DNA of 64,000 bases from NCBI GenBank assembly GCA_945906765.1, contig CAMDRF010000002.1:2313-66312 (forward strand). Direction: 5' to 3'. The stretch is from Nitrosovibrio sp. Nv4. Its GTDB lineage: Bacteria > Pseudomonadota > Gammaproteobacteria > Burkholderiales > SG8-39. Position numbers and translations under genes: made by a program. This document shows positions 54,960 to 63,951 of the stretch, piece after piece (the stretch's first letter is position 1; every line of letters begins with the position of its first letter). Under the pieces are notes generated by a model. That model did not search any database. It was not told the origin of the DNA and saw nothing but the letters and a program-made list of their open reading frames with translations.

Positions 54960-55544
54960 ATGACGCCCGATTTGCAGGTAGTTCAGTCCGTCGCCCTGGC
55001 CTCGCTCCTTGCGTGGGCGAGCGGGATACGACTGTACCTGGTGATCTTCGCGGTGGGCCTGGCCGGCCACTTCGGCTACATCGATCTGCCGCCAGGACTC
55101 AAGGTGCTTCAGCATCCCTGGGTGATCGGGGCCGCCGGCATCCTGCTGGTGATGGAATTTCTCGTCGACAAGGTGCCGGGAATCGACAGCGTCTGGGATG
55201 CGGCCCATACCTTCATCCGCATTCCCGCCGGCGCGCTGCTCGCCGCCGGAGCGACGGGCGACACGCTGGGCGCGCTGACGGTGGCGGCAGGGTTGCTCGG
55301 CGGGACGATCACGGCGGGAACGCATTTCGCCAAGGCCGGCGGCCGCGCGATCATCAACACGTCGCCGGAGCCGTTTTCAAACTGGGGCGCGTCGTTCACC
55401 GAAGATGCGATGGTGCTGGCGGGAATCTGGTTCGCGTTCCTGTACCCGCTGGTTTTTCTCGCCGCGCTCGCGCTGTTCGCGGCGCTGGTGATCTGGTTCC
55501 TGCAGAAGTTCTGGACCAGGTTTCGAACCCGTAAAGCCGTTTAG
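54960..55544 (+). CDS. DUF4126 membrane protein
   Basis: ATG 54960 (MTPDLQVVQSVALASLLAWASGIRLYL..), 194 aa. The EFLVDKVPGIDSVWD motif is typical of DUF4126. Confidence 0.7.
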   Translation: MTPDLQVVQSVALASLLAWASGIRLYLVIFAVGLAGHFGYIDLPPGLKVLQHPWVIGAAGILLVMEFLVDKVPGIDSVWDAAHTFIRIPAGALLAAGATGDTLGALTVAAGLLGGTITAGTHFAKAGGRAIINTSPEPFSNWGASFTEDAMVLAGIWFAFLYPLVFLAALALFAALVIWFLQKFWTRFRTRKAV

Positions 55545-55566
55545 GGTTTTCTGAACCGCTGCTAAA

Positions 55567-56037
55567 ATTGTCGGACCAATCAAATTCTTCATCGTCGACG
55601 ACGACCCTGACACGCTGGCGCTCGTTTCGCGCCTGCTGACCGACGCGGGCCACGAGGTCGTGGTGCGCGCCTCCAGCACCGGCGCCGTGAGGGACATCCC
55701 GGAGGCGCGTCCCGACTGCGTCATCACCGACCTGATGATGCCGGTGATGGACGGCTTCGAGCTGACGCGCCAGCTGCGCAACCGCCCTGAGCTGGCGGCG
55801 ATGAAGATCGTGATCCTGTCGGCGAAGAGCTACGACTTTGACCGCAGGCGCGCGAAGGAGATGGGCGCGGACGGCTACCTCACCAAGCCGATCAACCGCG
55901 AGACCTTCCTCAAGTCGATAAACGAGATGGTGTCGGACATCGACGCCAAGCTCGACGAAACGCGCAAGGAACTCGCGCGGCTCGGATCGAGCGTGATATG
56001 CGAAGCGCCTGCCGAGGGGTCCGAGCTGGTGCTTTAA
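55567..56037 (+). CDS. single-domain response regulator (CheY-like receiver); start codon unresolved
   Basis: Receiver residues are all present in frame: FFIVDDDPD, VITDLMMP, ILSAKS, YLTKP. The acidic-pocket DD lies upstream of the first ATG/GTG/TTG (55660). Only ATT 55567, ATC 55579 or CTG are available after the stop at 55552. Confidence 0.6.
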   Translation: MVGPIKFFIVDDDPDTLALVSRLLTDAGHEVVVRASSTGAVRDIPEARPDCVITDLMMPVMDGFELTRQLRNRPELAAMKIVILSAKSYDFDRRRAKEMGADGYLTKPINRETFLKSINEMVSDIDAKLDETRKELARLGSSVICEAPAEGSELVL

Positions 56038-56489
56038 AACACACCGAGCGCGAGCCCGGTGGCAAATGCCGCTCCAAGTTCTTCGCATTTTGAAAGAACT
56101 TCAGGAGTAAGGTCGCGAAGGCAAATGAGTGCTTCCGCTTTCTTCTCCAATCTCAGCCCGGCCACGATGCGTTCCGCGGAACCGACTGCGCCGCTGCCGT
56201 CTTGCCCGGCGCTGACAAAGAGCGCCCAGGGCCTGCCGTTGACCTTGCCCTCGCAGGGATAGAACACGCGCTCGAGGAAGTCCTTCATCATCCCCGACAT
56301 GTAGCCGAAGTTCTCCGGCGTGCCGAGGATCAGTCCATCCGCCGCCAGCACGTCGTCCGGGCCCGCCTCGGCGCAGCGCTTGACGACCACATTCACTCCG
56401 GATTCACTGCGCGCGCCGCGTTCGACGGCCTCGGCCATCTTCGCCGTCTTCACTCCGCCGGTGTGGTAGACGATGAGCAGGGTTTTCAT
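56034..56489 (-). CDS. flavodoxin-like fold NAD(P)H-dependent FMN reductase-type protein
   Basis: ATG 56489 (MKTLLIVYHTGGVKTAKMAEAV..LILGTPENFGYMSG), 151 aa. ATGA overlap with the upstream gene. Confidence 0.7.
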   Translation of the reverse strand: MKTLLIVYHTGGVKTAKMAEAVERGARSESGVNVVVKRCAEAGPDDVLAADGLILGTPENFGYMSGMMKDFLERVFYPCEGKVNGRPWALFVSAGQDGSGAVGSAERIVAGLRLEKKAEALICLRDLTPEVLSKCEELGAAFATGLALGVF

Positions 56490-57259
56490 GAGTTGAGCCG
56501 CTTTGCCGGATCCTGCTTGTAGAAGCCCGTGAACAGTTCGTAGAGGCGGGGATACTCGCGGCGCAGCGCGTTGGGCGATTCGAAGAAGGCCTCGCTGGCC
56601 ACCGCGAAGAACTCGGCTTCGTGCTCCGCCGCGTAGGGATCGAGGAAGATCTCCTTGCCCGCTTCGATGTCGGCGCAAAAGTGGTCGAACTCGGCGTCGA
56701 ACACTTTGGTCCAGTGCTCGCGCGCCTCGCGCGAGGGTAGCGGCGGCACGCCATCAGCCTCGCCCGACATCATGTCGAGCTTGTGCGCGAATTCGTGGAT
56801 CACGATGTTCACGCCGCCCTCTGCGACCGAGCCCGCGTCATCCAGCGCCTCCCAGGACAGGACCACCGGCCCGCCCGGCCAGGATTCGCCCGCCAGCTCG
56901 TCGTCCCACTCGTGCACTACGCCGTCCTCGCCGGTCTCGGCGCGCTGCACCTTGAAATCCGACGGATGCACCACGATGCCGACCCAGCCGTCGTACCAGT
57001 CGAGGCCGAGTTCGAGCACCGGCAGGCAGGCCTGCAGCGCGATTTCGACGCGGTCGTCCTCCGAGAGCACGAGCCCGTGCACCGGCGTGAGCTGCTTTTC
57101 CGCGAGAAACACGACGGCGAGTTCTTTCAGCCGCCGCTCCTCGTGCGCGAGCAGGCCGTGCAGGAATGGAAGGTGCTTTTTCGCGCGCCGCCACAGGGCA
57201 TCGTCAATGCGGTGCCGCTTGAGTATGCGCTTGCGTTTCCAGTCGCGGAGCCAGCCCAT
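56486..57259 (-). CDS. mtfA: MtfA-like zinc-dependent peptidase (DUF980/M90 family)
   Basis: ATG 57259, 257 aa. HEFAH zinc motif (VIHEFAHKLD) plus EFFAVASEAFF. Confidence 0.75.
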   Translation of the reverse strand: MGWLRDWKRKRILKRHRIDDALWRRAKKHLPFLHGLLAHEERRLKELAVVFLAEKQLTPVHGLVLSEDDRVEIALQACLPVLELGLDWYDGWVGIVVHPSDFKVQRAETGEDGVVHEWDDELAGESWPGGPVVLSWEALDDAGSVAEGGVNIVIHEFAHKLDMMSGEADGVPPLPSREAREHWTKVFDAEFDHFCADIEAGKEIFLDPYAAEHEAEFFAVASEAFFESPNALRREYPRLYELFTGFYKQDPAKRLNS

Positions 57260-57297
57260 CGAGAATCCATCCAAACCAATGCCACTACAATAGCAGC

Positions 57298-59496
57298 ATG
57301 GTTTCCGTCGTCCAGCTTCATCCACAGTCCGGCGCTGCCGCGATCGGACTGCTCGCCCAGGGGCTGGCGGCGCCCGAGCGCGACCTGGTCGCGCGCGCGC
57401 TTGAATTTGCCGAGCCGCTCTATGCGGGCCAGACACTCTCGACGGGCGAGCCGGTGTGGCCGCACGCGCTCGGGCTTGCCTCGAGCCTTGCCGCCATCGG
57501 CATGGATCCGGCGGCGCGCGCCGCCGGCATCCTGTTCGCCGCGCCGAAGCATCTCGATGGTGTGGACCGGCTGCAGGAGGTCTTCGGGCCGGAAATCGCG
57601 GCGCTCGCCGGCGGCGTGGAGAAGCTCCATCAGCTGCGGGTGCTGACGCGGGCCGCGCCCGGCGAGCAGAACGAAATCCTGCGCAAGATGGTGCTCGGCA
57701 TGGTCGAGGACATCCGCGTGGTGCTGATCCGGCTTGCTTCTCGTACGCAGACGCTGCGCTGGTTCGCGAAGCATCCTTCTGACGGGAGAAAGGCCTACGC
57801 GCGCGAATCGCTCGACATTTACTCGCCGCTGGCCAACCGGCTCGGCGTCTGGCAGCTCAAGTGGGAGCTGGAAGACCTGTCGTTCCGCTACCTCGAGCCC
57901 GAGCTGTACAAGAAGATCGCGCAGATGCTGGATGAAAAGCGCATCGAGCGGAAACACTACATTTCGAATGCTATTGAAATACTGGGAAATGAACTGAGAA
58001 AAACAGGTTTGAAAGCCGAGGTTACCGGACGTCCGAAGCACATCTATTCCATCTGGAACAAGATGCGCGTCAAGCAGCTCGACTTCTCCGATGTGCACGA
58101 CGTGCGCGCGCTGCGCGTCATCGTGCCTACGCCGGGCGAGTGTTTCAGCGTGCTGGGCATCGCGCACGACTTATGGGAGCCGATTCCGAAGGAGTTCGAC
58201 GACTATATCTCGCGGCCCAAGGGCAACAACTACCAGTCGCTGCATACGGCGGTGATCGGACCCGGCGGCCGCACGCTTGAAGTGCAGATCCGCACCGAGG
58301 AAATGCATCGCCAGGCGGAATTCGGCATCGCGGCGCACTGGCGTTACAAAGAAAGCAGAAAAACGTCGAAAGCAGAAGGCGCCTTCGACAACAAGATCGC
58401 CTGGCTGAGAGAGCTGCTGGCGTGGCGCGATGAAGTCGCGGACGGCGCGGGATGGGCCGAGAAAACGAAAAGGGCGTCCCTCGACGACACCATCTACGTC
58501 GTTACGCCGCAGGGCAAGGTGATCGATCTGCCGGCCGGCGCTACGCCGGTCGACTTCGCCTACACCCTGCACACCGATCTCGGCCACCGCTGCCGCGGCG
58601 CAAAGGTCGATGGGGCGCTGGTTTCGCTTGAAACTCCCTTACATAGCGGCCAGCGCGTGGAGATCGTCGCCGCGAAGAGCGGCGGGCCGTCGCGCGACTG
58701 GCTGAACCCCGCGCTCGGTTTCCTGAAAAGCCACCGCGCGCGCGGCAAGGTGCGGCAGTGGTTCAACGCGCAGCAGCTCGCCGAGACCGTCGCGCAGGGC
58801 CGCGCCACGGTGGAAAAGGAGCAGCGGCGCGAGGGCGCGATGCAGGCCAATCTCGAGCAGCTTGCGCAGAAGCTCGGTTTCGCCAAGCACGACGAACTGT
58901 TCGCCGCGGTGGCGCGCGACGAGGTCAATCTGCGTAAATTGCAGGCGGCGCTGCGGCAACTGGTGGGGTCTGTTGTTCATCCTTCTGAGGACGTTCAACC
59001 CGGGAAAATAAAGAGAAGCAAACCCAAATCCGGTTCGGACGGCGGCATTCTCGTCGTCGGCGTGGACCGGCTGATGACGCAGCTCGCCAGGTGCTGCAAG
59101 CCGGTGCCGCCGGACCCGGTGCGCGGCTTCGTTACGCGCGGCAAGGGCGTCTCGGTGCACCGCGAGGACTGTGCCGGCCTCAAGCGCCTGGCTGAGCGCA
59201 GTCCCGAGCGGCTGATCGATGCGCAATGGGGGACAAGTGCCAAGGCGGGCGTGCGCTCCGACGGGCTTTACCCGGTGGACGTTCTGGTGACGGCCTCGGA
59301 TCGCCAGGGACTGCTGCGCGACATCGGCGAGGCGCTGGCGCGCGAGCGCATCAACGTCACTGCGGTGCGCACGCAGAGCCGCAGCGACCTCGCGCACATG
59401 CGCTTCAGCTTCGAGGTGGCGGATGTCGCCCACCTGAGGCGCGCGTTCGCTGCGGTGAAGGACGTCAGCGGCGTAATCCGGGTGGGCAGAGGGTAG
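57298..59496 (+). CDS. relA: GTP pyrophosphokinase RelA ((p)ppGpp synthetase I)
   Basis: 732 aa. Degenerate HD region (no HD dyad), synthetase motifs GRPKHIYSIWNKM and YQSLHTAV, and TGS and ACT domains. Confidence 0.9.
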   Translation: MVSVVQLHPQSGAAAIGLLAQGLAAPERDLVARALEFAEPLYAGQTLSTGEPVWPHALGLASSLAAIGMDPAARAAGILFAAPKHLDGVDRLQEVFGPEIAALAGGVEKLHQLRVLTRAAPGEQNEILRKMVLGMVEDIRVVLIRLASRTQTLRWFAKHPSDGRKAYARESLDIYSPLANRLGVWQLKWELEDLSFRYLEPELYKKIAQMLDEKRIERKHYISNAIEILGNELRKTGLKAEVTGRPKHIYSIWNKMRVKQLDFSDVHDVRALRVIVPTPGECFSVLGIAHDLWEPIPKEFDDYISRPKGNNYQSLHTAVIGPGGRTLEVQIRTEEMHRQAEFGIAAHWRYKESRKTSKAEGAFDNKIAWLRELLAWRDEVADGAGWAEKTKRASLDDTIYVVTPQGKVIDLPAGATPVDFAYTLHTDLGHRCRGAKVDGALVSLETPLHSGQRVEIVAAKSGGPSRDWLNPALGFLKSHRARGKVRQWFNAQQLAETVAQGRATVEKEQRREGAMQANLEQLAQKLGFAKHDELFAAVARDEVNLRKLQAALRQLVGSVVHPSEDVQPGKIKRSKPKSGSDGGILVVGVDRLMTQLARCCKPVPPDPVRGFVTRGKGVSVHREDCAGLKRLAERSPERLIDAQWGTSAKAGVRSDGLYPVDVLVTASDRQGLLRDIGEALARERINVTAVRTQSRSDLAHMRFSFEVADVAHLRRAFAAVKDVSGVIRVGRG

Positions 59497-59499
59497 GCC

Positions 59500-60318
59500 T
59501 TGCAGGATCTGCTCAACAATCCGGCGGTGCAATCCAGCGTGGCGCCTTTTCTCGCCGGCTTGCTGGTCGCCGGCTTGCTGTTCCCTTTGCGGCTCGGGGG
59601 ATTGGCGGCCGCGGCCGGATTCTTCACCACGGTCTACCTGGTCGGCGATTTCACGCTGGAATCCCTGGACTCGAAGCGCAGGCTGGTGCTGGTGGCGATG
59701 GCGGCGCCGGTGTTCGGCGTGATCGCCGACCTGGCGTTCAAGCCGACGCGCGCCAGCGGGCCGGTGCTCGGCGCGGTGTTCGCGGCGGCGGGCGGATGGG
59801 TGTTCCTGAACCTGCTGAAGCAGAAGTCGGGGGTTGATCTCGCGCTGCATGGCGCCGGATTTGCGGCGTTCGTGATCTGGACGGTCTCCTTCAGCGTTGC
59901 GCTGCACGCCGATACGCTGCGCGCGGGCGCCGCCGGCCTGGGCCTTGGCCTGGGCGCCGGTGTGGGCGCGGTACTCGGGGCCTCCGCGCTGCTCGGTCAG
60001 TATGGCATGGGCCTGGGCGCGGGTTGCGGCGCGTTCCTGCTGCTCAACATGATCTTCGGTCCGCGCATTGTGCCGGGCACGACCCTCACGCTTACTGCAG
60101 GCGTGGCTGCGAGCCTGGTCGCGGTAGGCGCGGTGCTGACCGGGCAGATGCCCTGGTATGCGCTGCTGGCGCTGGCGCTGGTCCCGGTGCTGGTGCGGCT
60201 GCCGCTGCCGAAGGACGCACCGTGGATGCAGGCCATCGTCGCCGCGCTATACGCCGCGTCCGCCGCGGTGGCCGCGTGGGTGCTAGCATGGCTGGCAAGC
60301 CGTGGTTCGCCCGGCTGA
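59500..60318 (+). CDS. Gly/Ala-rich polytopic membrane protein, unknown function
   Basis: 272-aa ORF (TTG start 4 nt after the relA stop) with about 8 hydrophobic segments. Confidence 0.5.
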   Translation: MQDLLNNPAVQSSVAPFLAGLLVAGLLFPLRLGGLAAAAGFFTTVYLVGDFTLESLDSKRRLVLVAMAAPVFGVIADLAFKPTRASGPVLGAVFAAAGGWVFLNLLKQKSGVDLALHGAGFAAFVIWTVSFSVALHADTLRAGAAGLGLGLGAGVGAVLGASALLGQYGMGLGAGCGAFLLLNMIFGPRIVPGTTLTLTAGVAASLVAVGAVLTGQMPWYALLALALVPVLVRLPLPKDAPWMQAIVAALYAASAAVAAWVLAWLASRGSPG

Positions 60319-60354
60319 ATTTTTTCCCGTAATCAAAACACCAGAGAGGAATAC

Positions 60355-60942
60355 ATGAAGACGAAGTTAATAGGCGCGCTTGCGATTGCCCTGCCGCTGG
60401 CGGCAATGGCGGCGCCGGAGAACTACACCATCGACCCGACTCACAGCTACGCCTATTTCGAGGTCGATCACCTCGGCGTGTCGAACCAGCGCGGGCGCTT
60501 CGATCGCACCAGCGGCAAGTTCGTCCTTGACCGCGTGGCCAAGTCGGGCAGCGTCGAGCTGAACATCGAAAGCGCATCGGTGTCCACCGGCGACAACCTC
60601 AAGGGCAGCCGGCCGCGCACGCTCGACGACCACCTGAAGACGGCGGACTTCTTCAACGTCGCCGAATTCCCCCGCATGGCCTTCAAGTCCACCGGCGTCA
60701 AGTTCTCCGGCGACAATCCCGCCGAGATCGTCGGCAATCTCACGTTGCTCGGCGTCGCCAAGCCGGTCACGATGAAGGTCGAACGCTGGGTCTGCAAGGA
60801 CAACCCGATGAACAAGAAGCCGATGTGCGGCGGCAATGCCTCGGCCAGCCTCAAGCGCACCGATTTCGGCATGAAGTACGCCGTGCCGGCGATCGGCGAC
60901 GAGATCCGGCTCTGGTTCTCGGTAGAGGGTTACAAGGACTAG
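60355..60942 (+). CDS. yceI: YceI-family periplasmic polyisoprenoid-binding protein
   Basis: 195 aa with a signal peptide. YTIDPTHSYAYFEVDHLGVSNQRGRF is the YceI signature. Confidence 0.88.
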   Translation: MKTKLIGALAIALPLAAMAAPENYTIDPTHSYAYFEVDHLGVSNQRGRFDRTSGKFVLDRVAKSGSVELNIESASVSTGDNLKGSRPRTLDDHLKTADFFNVAEFPRMAFKSTGVKFSGDNPAEIVGNLTLLGVAKPVTMKVERWVCKDNPMNKKPMCGGNASASLKRTDFGMKYAVPAIGDEIRLWFSVEGYKD

Positions 60943-60973
60943 CGCTCCATGACGGACTAGAAGCGGGGGAATG

Positions 60974-61010
60974 GAAGCGGGAAAATCCCTGTAAAATCCG
61001 CTTCTTTTTT
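60974..61010 (+). terminator. rho-independent terminator after yceI
   Basis: GAAGCGG ...17-nt loop... CCGCTTC followed by TTTTTT. It ends 2 nt before the tRNA. Confidence 0.6.
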
Positions 61011-61012
61011 GC

Positions 61013-61089
61013 AGGCGCGTAGCTCAGCTGGTTAGAGCACCACCTTGACATGGTGGGGGTCGTTGGTTCGAGTCCAATCGCGCCTACCA
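61013..61089 (+). tRNA. tRNA-Val (anticodon GAC)
   Basis: Hand-folded cloverleaf. Acceptor AGGCGCG/CGCGCCT, D arm GCTC-AGCTGGTTA-GAGC, anticodon arm CCACC-TTGACAT-GGTGG, T arm GTTGG-TTCGAGT-CCAAT, and an encoded ACCA. Confidence 0.9.
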
Positions 61090-61180
61090 ATTTCCTCAAG
61101 CAGTTACGTCGATGCGACTCGCGTCAAGCACGGTGCGGAATCGCATCGGCTGATGCCGCTGGCGAAATATTGAACCTCGT

Positions 61181-61504
61181 TCAGGCCCGGACTTCTTCGA
61201 TCGGCTTTACCGGGACGATCCGCGCGACGCGTTTCATGACCTTGTGGTTTTTCTCAGCCTTCTTGAGGTCGTAGGCTGCCTGCAACCGCATCCATACTTC
61301 CGGCGAGCCGCCAAACAGACGGGACACCTTCAGGCACATGACGGCGGACAGTGGCTTGCGCTTCGCCAGAATGTCGTGAAGCATCTGGCGGGACACGCCC
61401 AGCGCTTTCGCCGCGGCCGTCACGGACAGGCCGGCGGAGGGCAGGATGTCTTCCTTGATAATCTCGCCCGGATGGACGGGCGGCAGTCCGTTCTTGCTCT
61501 TCAT
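61181..61504 (-). CDS. higA: HigA-family antitoxin (XRE-type HTH)
   Basis: ATG 61504 (SD GAGGAGG), 107 aa. PVHPGEIIKEDILPSAGLSVTAAAKALGVSRQMLHDIL. Confidence 0.88.
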   Translation of the reverse strand: MKSKNGLPPVHPGEIIKEDILPSAGLSVTAAAKALGVSRQMLHDILAKRKPLSAVMCLKVSRLFGGSPEVWMRLQAAYDLKKAEKNHKVMKRVARIVPVKPIEEVRA

Positions 61505-61514
61505 AACTTCCTCC

Positions 61515-61790
61515 TCAATGGTAGTCTTCAAAATCGACATGCAGGGCGTTTTCGCCTGACCAGCCGAAAGTGATCCGGTAATTTCCGGTCACGCGCATTG
61601 ACCAGCGTTTTGGGTTGCCTTGCAAGCCATGGAAGCGAAAACCCGCGATGTTCATGTCCTCTGGACGCCCCGCTACTTCCAGCAATTGCAGGATACGCAT
61701 GCACTTCCTGATATGCCCGGCACCGATCCGGCGTGTCTTGCCGGTGAGGTAAAGCTCTTCAAGCCCTTTATGTCTGAAGCCAACGATCAT
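61515..61790 (-). CDS. higB: HigB toxin (RelE superfamily, plasmid maintenance system killer family)
   Basis: 91 aa. FRHKGLEELYLTGKTRRI....RFHGLQGNPKRWSMRVTGNYRITF. It precedes higA, the characteristic toxin-first order. Confidence 0.88.
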   Translation of the reverse strand: MIVGFRHKGLEELYLTGKTRRIGAGHIRKCMRILQLLEVAGRPEDMNIAGFRFHGLQGNPKRWSMRVTGNYRITFGWSGENALHVDFEDYH

Positions 61791-61820
61791 TCTTCACTGT
61801 AAATGCTTAAGTTGCCGTCT

Positions 61821-61838
61821 GTCAACTAAATAGTTGAC
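61821..61838. promoter_or_regulatory. palindromic putative HigA operator overlapping a -35-like TTGACA of the higBA promoter
   Basis: GTCAACTA-AA-TAGTTGAC lies 31 nt upstream of the higB start. In the minus-strand reading the half-site contains TTGACA. Confidence 0.5.
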
Positions 61839-61957
61839 TTTTTTGAGAACGCGGAATGGCGGTCGCACAGCCGATCCCGGCGGGCACGCGCCAGGTGGGC
61901 GCAGATCGGCCTGGAGTAAAATATTGATTCGGAACGACCACTTTGCCAGTTGCGAGA

Positions 61958-62003
61958 TTGACATGGTAAGGGTCGTTGGTTCGAGTCCAATCGCGCCTAC
62001 CAA
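61958..62003 (+). repeat. 46-nt copy of the 3' half of tRNA-Val (att-type direct repeat)
   Basis: TTGACATGGTAAGGGTCGTTGGTTCGAGTCCAATCGCGCCTACCAA compared with tRNA positions 61045-61090. It is identical except GG to AA at two adjacent positions. Confidence 0.9.
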
Positions 62004-62007
62004 CTTC

Positions 62008-63930
62008 TTGATAAACATAAAACTGCCCGACGGCGCGGTGAAGGGCTTTCCAGGCCCGGTCACCGTCGCCGAAGTAGCCCAATCCATCGGCGCGGGCCTC
62101 GCGCGCGCCGCGCTCGCCGGCAAGGTGAACGGCAGGCTCGTTGACACGAGCTACCGCATCGAGGCCGACGCGGAGCTCTCGATCGTCACGGGGAAGACCC
62201 CGGAAGGCGTGGAGATCTTGCGCCATTCCGCCGCGCACCTGCTTGCGCACGCGGTGAAGCAATTGTTCCCGGAAGCCCAGGTCACCATCGGGCCGGTGAT
62301 CGAGAACGGCTTCTTCTACGACTTCGCCTACAAGCGCCCTTTCACACCCGAGGACCTCGTTGCCATCGAGAAAAAGATGACCGAACTGGCGAAGAGGGAT
62401 TTTGCTGTTACCAGAAAAATTCTTCCCAGAAATGACGCGGTGAAATTCTTCCGCGAGCAGGGCGAGATCTACAAAGCCGAAATCATCCAGTTGATTCCGG
62501 AAGATCAGGAGATTTCGCTCTACAGCCAGGACGATTTCATCGACCTGTGCCGCGGGCCGCACGTGCCCTCGACGGGCAAGCTGAAGGTCTTCAAGCTGAT
62601 GCGCGTCGCCGGCGCCTACTGGCGCGGCGATTCGAAGAACGAAATGCTGCAGCGTATTTACGGCACCGCCTGGGGCAGGAAGGAAGACCAGGACGCCTAC
62701 CTGACGATGCTGGAGGAGGCGGACAAGCGCGACCACCGGCGCCTCGGCAAGAGCCTGGACCTGTTCCACATGGAGGAAACGGCGCCGGGCCTCGTGTTCT
62801 GGCATTCCAAGGGCTGGGTGCTCTGGCAGCAGGTCGAGCAGTACCTGCGCCGCGTCTACCGCGACAACGGTTACGCCGAAGTGCGCTGCCCGCAGATCCT
62901 CGACAAGAGCCTGTGGGAGCGCACCGGCCACTGGCAGAACTACCGCGAGAACATGTTCACCACGGAGTCGGAGAAGCGCGACTACGCGGTGAAGCCGATG
63001 AACTGCCCGGGCCACATCCTCGTCTTCAAGCAGGGCATCAAGAGCTACCGCGATCTGCCGTACCGGCTGGGCGAGTTCGGCGCCTGCCACCGCAACGAGC
63101 CCTCGGGCGCACTCCATGGCCTGATGCGGGTGCGCGGCTTCACCCAGGACGACGGCCATATCTTCTGTACCGAGGCGCAGATCCTGGACGAATGCGTCGT
63201 CTACACGGCGCTGCTGCAGAAGGTCTACCGCGACTTCGGCTTCAGCGAGATCGTCTACAAGGTGGCGACCCGGCCGGAGAAGCGCATCGGCTCGGATCAG
63301 GTCTGGGACAAGGCGGAAGCCGCGCTCATCGAGGCGCTCAAGCGCTCCGGGGTGGAGTACGTGATTTCGCCGGGCGAGGGCGCTTTTTACGGGCCGAAGA
63401 TCGAGTATTCGCTCAAGGACGCGATTGGCCGTCTCTGGCAGTGCGGCACCATGCAGGTAGACTTCAGCATGCCGGGGCTGCTGGGCGCGGAGTACGTGGG
63501 CGAGGACAACGCCCGCCATACCCCGGTGATGCTGCACCGGGCGATCGTCGGCTCCATGGAGCGGTTCCTCGGCATCCTCATCGAGAATTTCGGCGGCGCC
63601 TTCCCGGTCTGGCTGGCGCCGGAGCAGGCGGTGGTCATAAATGTGTCGGAGGCCCAGGCGGAGTACGCCGAAAGTGTTGCTTTTAAGCTGCGGCAGGCCG
63701 GTTTCCGGGTCAGCGCGGATTTGCGAAACGAGAAAATTTCCTATAAAATTCGGGAACATAGCTTGCAGAAGCTGCCCTACCAGTTGGTGGTCGGGGACAA
63801 GGAAAAGCAGGCAGGAAGCGTGGCTGTGCGCACGCGCGGCGGTGAAGACTTGGGGGCCGTGGCTCTTGAGACTTTCATCGAGCGCCTCGGCAACGAGGCG
63901 CGCGCGGTGCGGCACGGCCGCTTTTTTTGA
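62008..63930 (+). CDS. thrS: threonine--tRNA ligase
   Basis: ORF 61834..63930 trimmed to TTG 62008 ((M)[13 protein letters not shown].., compare E. coli MPVITLPDGS), 640 aa. Class II motifs are present, including [13 protein letters not shown] and GAFYGPKIE. Confidence 0.92.
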   Translation: MINIKLPDGAVKGFPGPVTVAEVAQSIGAGLARAALAGKVNGRLVDTSYRIEADAELSIVTGKTPEGVEILRHSAAHLLAHAVKQLFPEAQVTIGPVIENGFFYDFAYKRPFTPEDLVAIEKKMTELAKRDFAVTRKILPRNDAVKFFREQGEIYKAEIIQLIPEDQEISLYSQDDFIDLCRGPHVPSTGKLKVFKLMRVAGAYWRGDSKNEMLQRIYGTAWGRKEDQDAYLTMLEEADKRDHRRLGKSLDLFHMEETAPGLVFWHSKGWVLWQQVEQYLRRVYRDNGYAEVRCPQILDKSLWERTGHWQNYRENMFTTESEKRDYAVKPMNCPGHILVFKQGIKSYRDLPYRLGEFGACHRNEPSGALHGLMRVRGFTQDDGHIFCTEAQILDECVVYTALLQKVYRDFGFSEIVYKVATRPEKRIGSDQVWDKAEAALIEALKRSGVEYVISPGEGAFYGPKIEYSLKDAIGRLWQCGTMQVDFSMPGLLGAEYVGEDNARHTPVMLHRAIVGSMERFLGILIENFGGAFPVWLAPEQAVVINVSEAQAEYAESVAFKLRQAGFRVSADLRNEKISYKIREHSLQKLPYQLVVGDKEKQAGSVAVRTRGGEDLGAVALETFIERLGNEARAVRHGRFF

Positions 63931-63951
63931 CGAGAAGAGGAGTTTTCACCC

